This document shows positions 41,845 to 51,894 of a DNA stretch of 64,000 bases, in pieces. The translations under genes were made by a program, and so were the position numbers. The first letter of the stretch is position 1, and each line of letters begins with the position of its first letter. Origin of the DNA: an uncultured Desulfosarcina sp. (GTDB taxonomy: Bacteria > Desulfobacterota > Desulfobacteria > Desulfobacterales > Desulfosarcinaceae); contig CAXXWQ010000004.1 of the NCBI GenBank assembly GCA_963674945.2, forward strand, positions 448,001-512,000, written 5' to 3'. The notes under the pieces are model-generated. The model ran no database searches. It saw nothing but the letters and a program-made list of their open reading frames with translations, and was not told the DNA's origin.

Positions 41845-43896
41845 TTAGAAGGTCCATGTCAGCTTGCCGTACACGCTGCGTTCCACTTCGGTGACGGCGG
41901 TGTCCAGATAAAGTTCGCGATATTCCAGGTGACTGGGATCCAAAAGATTGCATCCCACCAGACTCAGTTCCAGGTGATTCGTCGGGCGCCAGGCGAGTCG
42001 CAGGTCCAGGGTCGTATACGCCGGTACGTCATGGGCGTCAACATCACCCGCGTATCGCAGCCAGGCATCCAGTTGCACATCGTATGGCAGCTGCACCATG
42101 GAAAACAGGGATACCTGATGGTCGGGTGAATTTTCCGCCCTGGCCGCCAGTTCAGGAATCAGTGACGTTTCATCGGCCTCCAACGTGACGTTGAGCCAGG
42201 TGTAAGCCATGCGAAGTTTCCACCAAGGCTTCGGAAAAACGTCCACGGCCGCCTCCAATCCGTAAGAGTAACCATCCATATCGGTACCCCACCCCAGGTA
42301 AAGAACGTTATGGGGAACGGGGTCGGTTTCAAATTCAAAATCGGTCATTGCCAGCGTCCCCTGGTTGTCGTATCGATTGTAGAAGGCGGCAAGATCCATG
42401 GAGACCATCGGATGGAGAACGATTCGGTAGCCGGCCTCGAAGGCCCAGACGGTTTCCGATTCCAGGTCCGCTGTGCCGACGACATAGACGTCCGAAGGAT
42501 ACGGCATCGTCAGAGGATCGGGTGGAATCACAATGGATCGGTATACGGAGGTTGCTTCGGCTCGAGACGGTGTCCGGATGGCTCTGGAGACAGCCCCCCA
42601 CAAGGTATCGGTATTATTTACATTCCATCGAATCCGGGCGCTGGGCTGGATTTCGAATCCCGTGTAGTCGTTACGCTCGAACTTGGACCCCAGGGTCAGC
42701 CATAGGGTCTCGGCCGCGACCATGATTTCATCCTGAACAAAGGCGCTGAAAAGATGGTCGTTCAGGGAATCCGGATCATAATAGGCCCGAACGCCTGAAT
42801 CGGTATCCGTCCAACCGAACCGATACCCCAAGCCCCAGGTGATCTCCTGGCGTGCACCCAAGTGAAAGTGATGCTGAAAATCAAGATCGAGAGAATCTTC
42901 CCGAACATCGGCGGTAATGTCTTCATAACGATCTTGGACATAGTAAAGTTGCAGCGCCGTTCCCGAAGTGGCCGACAACCGACGGCTCCAGCGGCCCAAT
43001 ATGTATGCCCCCGTGGAATCCGAATCGGAGTTTACCGCTTCCACGTATGGCGCCGCCAAGGAGGGCAGGTTGTGGGTCTGACCGGCACTGCCGGTGATGA
43101 TATTGCCATGCAGGCTCCAGGCATTGTCTTCGGTAAACGTCCCGTCGGCACGAAAACCGGTCATGAAGTTTTGCCAGTCATTATAGCCCTCTTGTCCTGA
43201 TGCCTCGTCGAACCCCTTTCGGTCATTGGCTTTGGCAAAAATACGATAATGGCCGGTATCTCCCAATTCTCCTCCATGGCGAACGGCGCCGAAGGCCCGC
43301 TCATGGGTACCGCCGCCACCGGAAACAAGGGTTCCTTGGGTATCAACGGCCGTTTTGGTGATAATATTAATGATGCCGTTCACGGCGTTGGCGCCCCAGA
43401 TACTGGCGCCTGGCCCCCGGACCACCTCGATCCGCTCGATGTCTTCGAGCATGATGTCCTGCTCCTCCCACAACACACCTGAAAAAAACGGGCTGTATAT
43501 GGTCCGCCCATCGATGAGGACGAGCAGCTTGGTAGCGAAACGGCCATTCAATCCCCGGGCGGTGATGGCCCATTTGTTGCCGTCCACTTGGGCGACCTGG
43601 ACGCCCGGGGCCATGCGCAGGGCGTCCATGATGGTGGTCACCCCAGAACGCCGTATGTCCTCCTGGGTGATGATGAAGGCGGCGGCGGCGGTATCGGAAA
43701 GTTTCTGGGGTTTTCGGGATGCCGATGTGATTTCGATCTCCATCAATTCTTCCAGGCTCATGGTGGTCAGATCCACTGTATGTGCGACGGCAACCCACGG
43801 GACGAGGGCGATGACAATTGCCATCAGGACCGAAATGATTCGACTGCATCGACCTTCGGGGCATCGATTCTTCGGTTGTTTTGGGTTTACCACCAT
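41845..43896 (-). CDS. TonB-dependent receptor
   Basis: Plug MSLEELMEIEITSASRK, IERIEVVRGPG...NAVNGIINIITK; C-terminal LTWTF. Confidence 0.92.
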   Translation of the reverse strand: MVVNPKQPKNRCPEGRCSRIISVLMAIVIALVPWVAVAHTVDLTTMSLEELMEIEITSASRKPQKLSDTAAAAFIITQEDIRRSGVTTIMDALRMAPGVQVAQVDGNKWAITARGLNGRFATKLLVLIDGRTIYSPFFSGVLWEEQDIMLEDIERIEVVRGPGASIWGANAVNGIINIITKTAVDTQGTLVSGGGGTHERAFGAVRHGGELGDTGHYRIFAKANDRKGFDEASGQEGYNDWQNFMTGFRADGTFTEDNAWSLHGNIITGSAGQTHNLPSLAAPYVEAVNSDSDSTGAYILGRWSRRLSATSGTALQLYYVQDRYEDITADVREDSLDLDFQHHFHLGARQEITWGLGYRFGWTDTDSGVRAYYDPDSLNDHLFSAFVQDEIMVAAETLWLTLGSKFERNDYTGFEIQPSARIRWNVNNTDTLWGAVSRAIRTPSRAEATSVYRSIVIPPDPLTMPYPSDVYVVGTADLESETVWAFEAGYRIVLHPMVSMDLAAFYNRYDNQGTLAMTDFEFETDPVPHNVLYLGWGTDMDGYSYGLEAAVDVFPKPWWKLRMAYTWLNVTLEADETSLIPELAARAENSPDHQVSLFSMVQLPYDVQLDAWLRYAGDVDAHDVPAYTTLDLRLAWRPTNHLELSLVGCNLLDPSHLEYRELYLDTAVTEVERSVYGKLTWTF

Positions 43897-43938
43897 CGAT
43901 ATGATCCAATTTCCATGAAAAAAGCGGAAACCAACGAA

Positions 43939-46047
43939 CTAAAACTGCCAGGTCAGTTTACCGTAAAAACTTCGCTCCACCTCGGTTGCAGCGGTATCCA
44001 GATAGGCTTCCTGATACTCCTGGTGTCTTGCATCCAGCAGGTTGCGGCCCACCAGGGAAAATTCCAGATCCTTCACCGGCCGCCAGGCCAGGCGAAGATC
44101 CATTGTCATGTAAGCCGGCACACCCAGCCTCTCGAGCTCATCCACATACCGCAACCAGGTATCCAGCTGAATCCCATATGGCAGCTCCATCATGGAGAGC
44201 AAAGAGACCTGGTGCTCGGGAGAATATTCGGCTCCGGCTTCTATCTCTTGGGCAAAAGATCCGCTCCCGCCATCCAGGGAGAGATCAAACCAAGTATATG
44301 CCAGACGCAGTTTCCACCACTTTTGGGGAATGACATCCACAGCAGCTTCGAAGCCGTAGGATTCTCCTTCTGTCTCATTTCCCCACCCAACATTCATGAT
44401 GTAGTGGGCCGAAGGATCGCTTTCGAACGTCAGATTTTCCCGATAGTAAGATTGCATGTTGTCATACTGACTGAAAAAAGTGGTCAAATCCAGGGAGACC
44501 CACTCATTGAGGACATTGCGATACCCGATCTCATATGTCCATGCCGCCTCGGAATCATATTGCTCATTGCCAACGGAGGTAACAACCGTAGGATAGGCCA
44601 GCACCGGCGGCAATGGTGGAATGACGGCTCCCATATAAAGGGTGGAGACCTCTCCCCGGTTAGGCGTCCTCACCGCACGGGATACGGCACCCCACAGTGT
44701 GTTGCCCGTATCGATGTTCCACCGGATGCGGGCAGTCGGCTGGATTTCGAACCCGGTATAGTCGTTGTGCTCGAATTTGGATCCCAGCGTCACTGCGACG
44801 GCGTCATCCAACAGTTCGATCTGGTCCTGGACAAAGGCGCTGAACAAATTGTCCCCCATCCTTTCCGGTTCGAAATGGACCCGTAATCCCGGATCGGTAT
44901 CGGTCCGGATGAAACGGTACCCCAATCCCCAGGTGATCTCATGGTATCGCCCCAGGTCGAATCGATGCTGAAAGTCCACGTCAATGGTGTCTTCCATGAC
45001 CTGGGTGTTGATGTCATCATAATGATCATGGGCATAGTACATCTGGAGGGATGCCTCGGAACCGTTCGTCGATCGATGGTTCCAGTGCCCCATCAGATAC
45101 CCGCCGGCGGCGTCGGATTCGGAGATGATCTCTTCCTGATAGGGGGGCGTCAGCGTGAGATTACCGTAATTCTGTTCCATGGATTCGGCACGAAGATTAC
45201 CGTGAAAGCGCCACGTATCATCATTTGCAAGGACTCCGTCCGCCCGGAAACCGGCCATCCTGGTCTTCCAGTCGTTGTTGCCTTCCTCTCCCGACAATTC
45301 TTCGAACCCCCCTCGATCGGCGGCCTTGGCGAAGACACGGTACTGCGTGTTGGCACCAATCGTCCCTCCATGGCGAACGGTGCCGAAAACCCGTTCATGG
45401 GTGCCGCCTCCGCCGGATAACAGCGTTCCCTGGGTGTCGGCGGCGGACTTGGTGATGATATTGATGATCCCGTTGACGGCGTTGGCCCCCCAGACGCTGC
45501 CGCCGGGTCCCCGGATCACCTCGATGCGCTCGACATCTTCGAGCATGATGTCCTGCTCCTCCCACAACACGCCCGACGTGAAGTGGGAATAAATGGAACG
45601 TCCGTCCATGAGGACGAGAAGCTTGTTGGCAAACCGTCCGTTGAAACCCCTGGCGGTGACGGCCCATTTGTTGCCGTCGATCTGGGCCACATGGATCCCC
45701 GGCGCCATGCGCAGGGCGTCCATGACGGTGGTCACACCCGAACGCTTTATGTCTTCCTGGGTGATGATGAAAGCGGCGGCGGCGGTATTGGAAAGCTTCT
45801 GGGGTTTTCTGGCCGCCGAAGTGATTTCGATCTCCATCAGCTCTTCCAGGCTCATGGCGGTCAGGTCAATGGATTCCGCCATTGTCGTTAAAGGAAAAAG
45901 GGTGACGAGTAGGACCAGCAGGAAACAGACAACGCTGCCACCAGCCCCCTTGCCTCCCGAATTCCGATGGGAATCCCGATAGAATGTCGAATTTCTGTCA
46001 GACGTCAATAAACGGCCCGGTTCCCTGTTTGTCAGCCACACTTCCAT
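43939..46047 (-). CDS. TonB-dependent receptor (tandem paralog)
   Basis: Near-identical plug; C-terminal LTWQF; start uncertain. Confidence 0.92.
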   Translation of the reverse strand: MEVWLTNREPGRLLTSDRNSTFYRDSHRNSGGKGAGGSVVCFLLVLLVTLFPLTTMAESIDLTAMSLEELMEIEITSAARKPQKLSNTAAAAFIITQEDIKRSGVTTVMDALRMAPGIHVAQIDGNKWAVTARGFNGRFANKLLVLMDGRSIYSHFTSGVLWEEQDIMLEDVERIEVIRGPGGSVWGANAVNGIINIITKSAADTQGTLLSGGGGTHERVFGTVRHGGTIGANTQYRVFAKAADRGGFEELSGEEGNNDWKTRMAGFRADGVLANDDTWRFHGNLRAESMEQNYGNLTLTPPYQEEIISESDAAGGYLMGHWNHRSTNGSEASLQMYYAHDHYDDINTQVMEDTIDVDFQHRFDLGRYHEITWGLGYRFIRTDTDPGLRVHFEPERMGDNLFSAFVQDQIELLDDAVAVTLGSKFEHNDYTGFEIQPTARIRWNIDTGNTLWGAVSRAVRTPNRGEVSTLYMGAVIPPLPPVLAYPTVVTSVGNEQYDSEAAWTYEIGYRNVLNEWVSLDLTTFFSQYDNMQSYYRENLTFESDPSAHYIMNVGWGNETEGESYGFEAAVDVIPQKWWKLRLAYTWFDLSLDGGSGSFAQEIEAGAEYSPEHQVSLLSMMELPYGIQLDTWLRYVDELERLGVPAYMTMDLRLAWRPVKDLEFSLVGRNLLDARHQEYQEAYLDTAATEVERSFYGKLTWQF

Positions 46048-46278
46048 TGGTCCGATCTATCTGTATCTTTCGAAAAAAAAAGTTAACATTGCATTTATCG
46101 GCGCTTTTTATATAAAGGTAAAAAAATTGTATCGAAAAAACAGACAAATAAGGAAAGCGAACCAAAAACGCCGACACCGATATCAATCGTCCCTGCGGCC
46201 TGATACGAATCTTTCTCCATCGTGCAAAGGGCGGTCAAACTCGCAAGCCGCTTGGCAACACAAGGGAACCAGCGCTGC

Positions 46279-47655
46279 ATGACCAAGTCCCGAAAACAAC
46301 CGTACCGGCCCGAAACCAGACGATCCGGGCCCACTATCGCCAAAAAGGCATGGCACGCCGTCAGCGGCACGCCGGCACCACGCAATGAACGACGTTGGCG
46401 CACCTACCTGCTCCTTCACTTTCGCCCCCGGCAGGTAAATCAAGAGACCCTGCGATTCACCCTCAGCTGGGGACTAGGGGGAATGGCGGCCACATTGGTG
46501 ATCATCCAGCTGACCACCGGCGTGCTCTTGAAATTCGTCTACGTTCCCACACCGGTGGGCGCCTATGCATCGGTTCAGGCCATTATCCACCAGGTTCCTT
46601 TCGGACGGCTGATGCGAAATTTACACTACTGGTCGGCAAATATCCTCGTCGCCACCCTTTTTTTTCATATGTGCCGGGTTTTTTTCACCGGCGCCTTCCA
46701 TCCTCCCCGGCAGTTGAACTGGATCGTCGGCCTCTTCCTCTTTCTCCTGATACTTGCGGCCAACCTGTCCGGATACCTGCTCCCCTACGATCAGTTGGCC
46801 TATTGGGCCGTCACCGTCATCACGGCAATGCTCGATTATTTGCCCGGTATCGGCGTCCTTGCCGACAGTGCAGAACTGGGTCCACGGACCCTTCCCTTTT
46901 TTTATGGTCTTCACACGGCGGTCATCCCTTCCTTGTTGTTGCTTTTCATGGGATTTCACTTCTGGAGGATCCGCAAGGCCGGCGGTCTGGTGATACCGCG
47001 TCGTCCAGGCGATGGCATGAACGCTCACCCTGAAAAAGTGCCGACAATGCCCCACCTGCTGCTCCGGGAAACATCGGTGGCCTTGATGTTGACAGCGACA
47101 CTTTTGATGATCGCCATCTTCTTCGATGCCGCGATCGGAGAACCGGCCAACCCGGGGCTAAGTCCCAACCCGGTGCGCGCACCCTGGTATTTTGCCGGAT
47201 TTCAAGAGCTGCTCTTGCACGTTCACCCGAAGATGGCCGTCTGTGTAATACCCATATCCGTGGCCCTCTTTTTGGTGTGTATTCCCTATCTTCCCGACCC
47301 CGGGTCCACTGCGGGTATCTGGTTTTCATCCAACCGCGGCAGAATGCAGGTTTGCATCACCGCCGCAGCAGCCATTTGCACGGTTATTCTTTCTATCGTC
47401 GTGGATACCATGATGATTAAGAAGGCCGCCTGGGCCGGCAACATGTCTATGCTGGTTCGGGACGGCCTTTTCCCCTTGGCGGCCTTGAGTGCGATAACGG
47501 TGGGGTATATCGGATTCATGAAATACCGGTGGAAGGCCAACCGGAACGAAATGATCCAGGCGCTCGTTGTGGCCATCATTTCCGCACTGATGGTGTTGAC
47601 CATAACGGGAATCTTTTTTCGCGGACCGTCCATGAAACTGACCTGGCCAGTGTGA
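46279..47655 (+). CDS. Cytochrome b of a Rieske/cytb complex (fused b6 + subunit IV type with extra C-terminal helices)
   Basis: WGLGG, four His ligands (LHYWSAN...FFHM; LHTAV...GFHF), SGYLLPYDQLAYWA and APWY; alternative start 46222. Confidence 0.88.
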   Translation: MTKSRKQPYRPETRRSGPTIAKKAWHAVSGTPAPRNERRWRTYLLLHFRPRQVNQETLRFTLSWGLGGMAATLVIIQLTTGVLLKFVYVPTPVGAYASVQAIIHQVPFGRLMRNLHYWSANILVATLFFHMCRVFFTGAFHPPRQLNWIVGLFLFLLILAANLSGYLLPYDQLAYWAVTVITAMLDYLPGIGVLADSAELGPRTLPFFYGLHTAVIPSLLLLFMGFHFWRIRKAGGLVIPRRPGDGMNAHPEKVPTMPHLLLRETSVALMLTATLLMIAIFFDAAIGEPANPGLSPNPVRAPWYFAGFQELLLHVHPKMAVCVIPISVALFLVCIPYLPDPGSTAGIWFSSNRGRMQVCITAAAAICTVILSIVVDTMMIKKAAWAGNMSMLVRDGLFPLAALSAITVGYIGFMKYRWKANRNEMIQALVVAIISALMVLTITGIFFRGPSMKLTWPV

Positions 47656-47662
47656 AAAGAGA

Positions 47663-48205
47663 GTGAAACAAACGACGATGACGAATAAGACCGCCCGTGG
47701 GTCCATCCAAGAAGATCCGTCACCGATAGCAAATGACCGACGCGGCTTTCTAAATGGCCTGTGGATCGGGCTGGGGGGGCTCGCCCTGGCCGAAATCATC
47801 TGGGTGGTGCGATCCTTTTTCCGTCTTCGAAAACCGATCGGTGCATCCGGCTCCATCGGAAAAATCTTCGATGCCGGTTCCGTCTCCCGTTACTCTCCCA
47901 ATACGGTGACCGCTTTCCCCCAGGGCCGTTTCTATCTGGCCTGTCTGGCGGACGGTGGATTTCTCGCCCTGTCACGCCGCTGCACCCACCTGGGATGCAC
48001 GGTGCCCTGGGACGCGGGAAAGATGCAGTTCGTCTGCCCCTGCCACGCCTCCACCTTCGACATCCACGGGGCGGTGATCCAGTCTCCGGCACCGCGGCCC
48101 CTGGACCGCTTCGCCGTTACCATCGAAAACGACCGCATCCGGGTCGCCATTGACAGCCCCATCCGCCGAAGCGTGTTTCATCCGAACCAGGTGGTGTACA
48201 AGTGA
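47663..48205 (+). CDS. Rieske 2Fe-2S protein
   Basis: CTHLGC and CPCHAS, SPAPRPL; RRGFL Tat-like anchor. Confidence 0.92.
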   Translation: MKQTTMTNKTARGSIQEDPSPIANDRRGFLNGLWIGLGGLALAEIIWVVRSFFRLRKPIGASGSIGKIFDAGSVSRYSPNTVTAFPQGRFYLACLADGGFLALSRRCTHLGCTVPWDAGKMQFVCPCHASTFDIHGAVIQSPAPRPLDRFAVTIENDRIRVAIDSPIRRSVFHPNQVVYK

Positions 48206-50523
48206 ACGATGCACCCCTTGTCCGATGGAAGCTCGCCGGTATCGCGGCGACCCTGGTCATCGTCCTGGCATTTCCCCTGTATTTCCTGCAGGAGCATTTC
48301 AGAAAAGAGAAGGTCCGGCCATCAACGGATTCACAGGCCAGTTTCACGGGCAGCGAAAGCTGCCGGGACTGCCACCAAAACGAATACGACAAATGGAACG
48401 GATCCCACCACCAGCTGGCCATGGCCGTTGCCTCGGAGAAAACGGTTCTCGGCGATTTCTCCGATACCACATTTCGATATTTCGGCGTGAACAATCGGTT
48501 TTACAGAAAGAACGGCCGGTTCATGGTTTCCACCATCGGGCCGGAAGGGAAAATAGGGGAATTTACGATCTCCCACACATTCGGCTGGTATCCCCTTCAG
48601 CAGTACCTGATCGACTTTCCCCAAGGGCGCCGGCAATGCCTGCCCATCGCATGGGACACACGGGAAAAACGATGGTTTCATCTCTATCCCGACGAACCGT
48701 TGGCATCCGACGACTGGCTTTACTGGACCAATAACGGGCAGAACTGGAACGCCATGTGCGCCGAATGTCACAGCACCGACCTTCGCAAGAACTATGATCC
48801 GGCCACCGGTGCCTACCGGACCACATGGTCGGAAATCAGCGTGGGATGCGAGGCCTGCCACGGCCCGGGGTCGCACCATGTGGCTTGGGCCAGGTTGCCG
48901 GATATGGGGCGACCGGCGATAGACAACGCGGCCCTTTCCGTGGTGACGAGCGACCTTACTTCCGCCCGGCAGATTCAGCTGTGCGCACCCTGCCACAGCC
49001 GCCGCATGTCCCTGGGCGACAACATGCACGCCCATGATGATTTTCTCGACTACGGCATCCCCCAGCTGCTCACCGAGGGCATGTACTTCGCCGACGGCCA
49101 GATCCTCGATGAGGTTTACGTCTACGGTTCCTTCCTTCAGAGCAAGATGCACGCCCGGGACGTAAAGTGCAGCGACTGCCATGACGTTCACAGTATCAAA
49201 CGGATCAAAACCGGAAACGATCTGTGTCTTCAATGCCACCGGGCGGCCGTTTACGACACCGCGGATCACCATTTTCACAAGAAAGAGGGGGAAAAAGGCG
49301 ATCCCATTCGTGCAAAAAGCGGAGATATCCTGTTTGATGTGGGCAGCGGCGCCAGCTGCGAGGCCTGCCACATGCCGGGCCGCACCTACATGGGTGTGGA
49401 TTACCGGCCCGACCACAGCTTTCGCATCCCGCGGCCGGACCTGAGCCGGCCCCTCAATACCCCCAATGCCTGCAACCGGTGTCATGGCAACAAAACAATC
49501 CAGTGGTCCGTGGATGCCATGGCCAAATGGTACGGCAAGAAAAAACGACCCCACTACGGCACGATCCTTTCCGCCGGTCGCCGCCGGGCCCCGGAGGCGC
49601 TGGATCCGTTGATCCGCCTGGCACACGATCGCCTTTACCCCACCATCGTAAGGGCCACGGCCCTGTCCCTTGCCGCCGATTATGGGGACGATGCTGCCAA
49701 TCGGACGCTGGAGATCGCCCTTTCCGACGAATCGGCCCTAGTTCGCCACACGGCGGTGAACCGCATCGTTTTTCCCGATCCCAAAGAGCGGGTGGAAAAG
49801 ACCGGACCGCTGCTCTACGATCCGGTGCGGGCCGTTCGCATGGAGGCGGCCCGCACCCTGGTTCCGGCCATTCGGTCAGGATACGGCGCCAATTTACGTG
49901 AACCTTATGAAAAAGCGCTGGCCGAATATATCGCGGCAATGGAGCGCACCGGCGATTTTTCCGCGTCCCGCCACAATCTGGGCAACCTTTACGCGGACCT
50001 GGGCCAGACCGATCAGGCCATCGCCCACTATCGAAAGGCCATGGCCATTGACCGCCTCTTTTACCCGGCCAAGGTGAATCTGGCCATGATCTACAACGGG
50101 CAGGGGAAAAAAGAGGAGGCCGAACGGCTGCTGCGCCGGGTGGTGGCAGAACATCCGGACCTGTATGAGATCAAGTACTCTTTGGGCCTGCTGCTGGCCG
50201 AGAAAGATGCGTTGGATGAAGCCGTCATTTTCCTTGGCGATGCGGCGGCCGGATTGCCCCAACGCGCCCGCATCCACTACAATCTCTCATTGCTGCTCAA
50301 ACGATTAAACCGCACCGCCGATGCCGAAACCGCCTTGGGCCGTGCTCTCTCCGTGGAACCCGAGAATCCGGACTTTCTGTACGCCCTGGCCGTTCTCTAC
50401 CTGGATTCCGGCCGTCCGGAGAAAGCCCTCGATGTGGCCGGGCGGCTGCAAGCGGCCTATCCGCACCTGGCATTGGCCCGCGATCTTGTCGCATATGTGG
50501 AGAAACAACTGGCGGCCCCTTAG
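48202..50523 (+). CDS. Membrane-anchored octaheme cytochrome c with HEAT and TPR repeats
   Basis: Eight CxxCH (CRDCH, CAECH, CEACH, CAPCH, CSDCH, CLQCH, CEACH, CNRCH); C-terminal NLGNLY..LG...AIAHYRKA TPRs; 4-bp overlap with the Rieske gene. Confidence 0.88.
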   Translation: MNDAPLVRWKLAGIAATLVIVLAFPLYFLQEHFRKEKVRPSTDSQASFTGSESCRDCHQNEYDKWNGSHHQLAMAVASEKTVLGDFSDTTFRYFGVNNRFYRKNGRFMVSTIGPEGKIGEFTISHTFGWYPLQQYLIDFPQGRRQCLPIAWDTREKRWFHLYPDEPLASDDWLYWTNNGQNWNAMCAECHSTDLRKNYDPATGAYRTTWSEISVGCEACHGPGSHHVAWARLPDMGRPAIDNAALSVVTSDLTSARQIQLCAPCHSRRMSLGDNMHAHDDFLDYGIPQLLTEGMYFADGQILDEVYVYGSFLQSKMHARDVKCSDCHDVHSIKRIKTGNDLCLQCHRAAVYDTADHHFHKKEGEKGDPIRAKSGDILFDVGSGASCEACHMPGRTYMGVDYRPDHSFRIPRPDLSRPLNTPNACNRCHGNKTIQWSVDAMAKWYGKKKRPHYGTILSAGRRRAPEALDPLIRLAHDRLYPTIVRATALSLAADYGDDAANRTLEIALSDESALVRHTAVNRIVFPDPKERVEKTGPLLYDPVRAVRMEAARTLVPAIRSGYGANLREPYEKALAEYIAAMERTGDFSASRHNLGNLYADLGQTDQAIAHYRKAMAIDRLFYPAKVNLAMIYNGQGKKEEAERLLRRVVAEHPDLYEIKYSLGLLLAEKDALDEAVIFLGDAAAGLPQRARIHYNLSLLLKRLNRTADAETALGRALSVEPENPDFLYALAVLYLDSGRPEKALDVAGRLQAAYPHLALARDLVAYVEKQLAAP

Positions 50524-50733
50524 GGTGCCTTTATGACTCCTCTCTTGGAAAAAACGACTCGTTTGTGTATAGTGTCACCGATGGTGTGCAGACCGGTAAC
50601 CTCCGACTGAATCTATCCCTTAGCGAATGTACCAAACACCGGTAAACGTTCCTTTTGCCGCCAGACGACACAGCATTCAATCCAACACGGTTGCGGGCAT
50701 GGTCCGCTTCCACATGATGAGAAAGTAGGCACC

Positions 50734-51888
50734 ATGAGATATTTTTCTGTGGGCATCGCCGTCTGTATGTCCTGGCTTCTGTTGGCTTGCGGTGAAAAAC
50801 AGGCATCCCAGCCCCCTGCCCTTCCCCCGCCGGCGGTCTCCGTTGTGGAAACACGGGCCGAGGACGTCCCCATCTTTCTGGAATTCGTCGGCCAGACCCA
50901 TGGAGAAAAGGACATCGCCATCCGCGCCCGCGTGGAGGGCTTCCTAGAGGGGATCCACTTTCAGGAGGGCAACGTCGTAAAAAAGGGCGACCTGTTGTAT
51001 ACGCTGGAGAGCCAGCCTTTCGAAGAGAAGGTGGCGGCACGCATGAGCAATGTTGCCGAAGCGGAGACCATGCTGGCCAAGGCCAAGGGAGATTTGGACC
51101 GGATCCGCCCCCTGGCAAAAATCAACGCGGTCAGCCAAAGCGACCTGGACGAGGCCGTGGCGGCCTACGATGCGGGGGTCTCTTCTTTGGATGCGGCCAA
51201 GGCCACCCTGCGGGCCGCCAAAATCGAGCTGAGCTACACCAAAATTTACTCGCCCATCGACGGCATCATCGGAAAAACCAAGGCCAAGGTGGGCGATTTC
51301 GTGGGGCGGGACCCCAATCCGGTGATCCTCAACACCGTCTCCAAGGTGGACACGATCCTGGTCACCTTCTTCATCACCGAATCCCAGTACCTGGAGGTGG
51401 CCCGGCATATGTCGGAGACCAGCCCGGAAGAGTCCCGGGAAACCACAGCCAACCTGCAGTTGATCCTCATCGATGGTTCGTTGTACGAGCATACCGGCAA
51501 GGTCGACTTCGTGGATCGGGAGGTGGACACCACCACCGGCGCCATGCTGGTCCAGGCCTCCTTCCCCAACCCGGAACAACTCCTGCGCCCCGGCCAGTTC
51601 GCCAGGGTCCGGATCATGGGTCGAATGATCAAAGACGGCATACTGATCCCCCAACGCTGCGTCATGGAACTGCAGGGACTGTACAGCGTCTATGTGGTGG
51701 ATGCCAACGACACCGTGGCGACCCGGGAGATCGAGATCGGCCCCAGGGTCGCATCGTCCTGGCTGATCACCCAAGGGCTCAAGCCCGGTGAGAAGGTGGT
51801 CTATGAAGGACTCCAGAAGGCCAGGGACGGCGCCACCGTGAAACCCACCGTCGTCGATATCCAATCAACAGAACAAGGAAAAAAGTAG
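50734..51888 (+). CDS. RND efflux periplasmic adaptor (MFP)
   Basis: Lipobox LLAC, IRARVEG, YTKIYSPIDG and LRPGQF. Confidence 0.93.
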   Translation: MRYFSVGIAVCMSWLLLACGEKQASQPPALPPPAVSVVETRAEDVPIFLEFVGQTHGEKDIAIRARVEGFLEGIHFQEGNVVKKGDLLYTLESQPFEEKVAARMSNVAEAETMLAKAKGDLDRIRPLAKINAVSQSDLDEAVAAYDAGVSSLDAAKATLRAAKIELSYTKIYSPIDGIIGKTKAKVGDFVGRDPNPVILNTVSKVDTILVTFFITESQYLEVARHMSETSPEESRETTANLQLILIDGSLYEHTGKVDFVDREVDTTTGAMLVQASFPNPEQLLRPGQFARVRIMGRMIKDGILIPQRCVMELQGLYSVYVVDANDTVATREIEIGPRVASSWLITQGLKPGEKVVYEGLQKARDGATVKPTVVDIQSTEQGKK

Positions 51889-51894
51889 GCAGCC

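Noticed and set aside
43588..44886. 432-aa plus-strand ORF
   Set aside because: Antisense to the TonB-dependent receptors.
48331..49626. 431-aa minus-strand ORF
   Set aside because: Antisense to the octaheme cytochrome.
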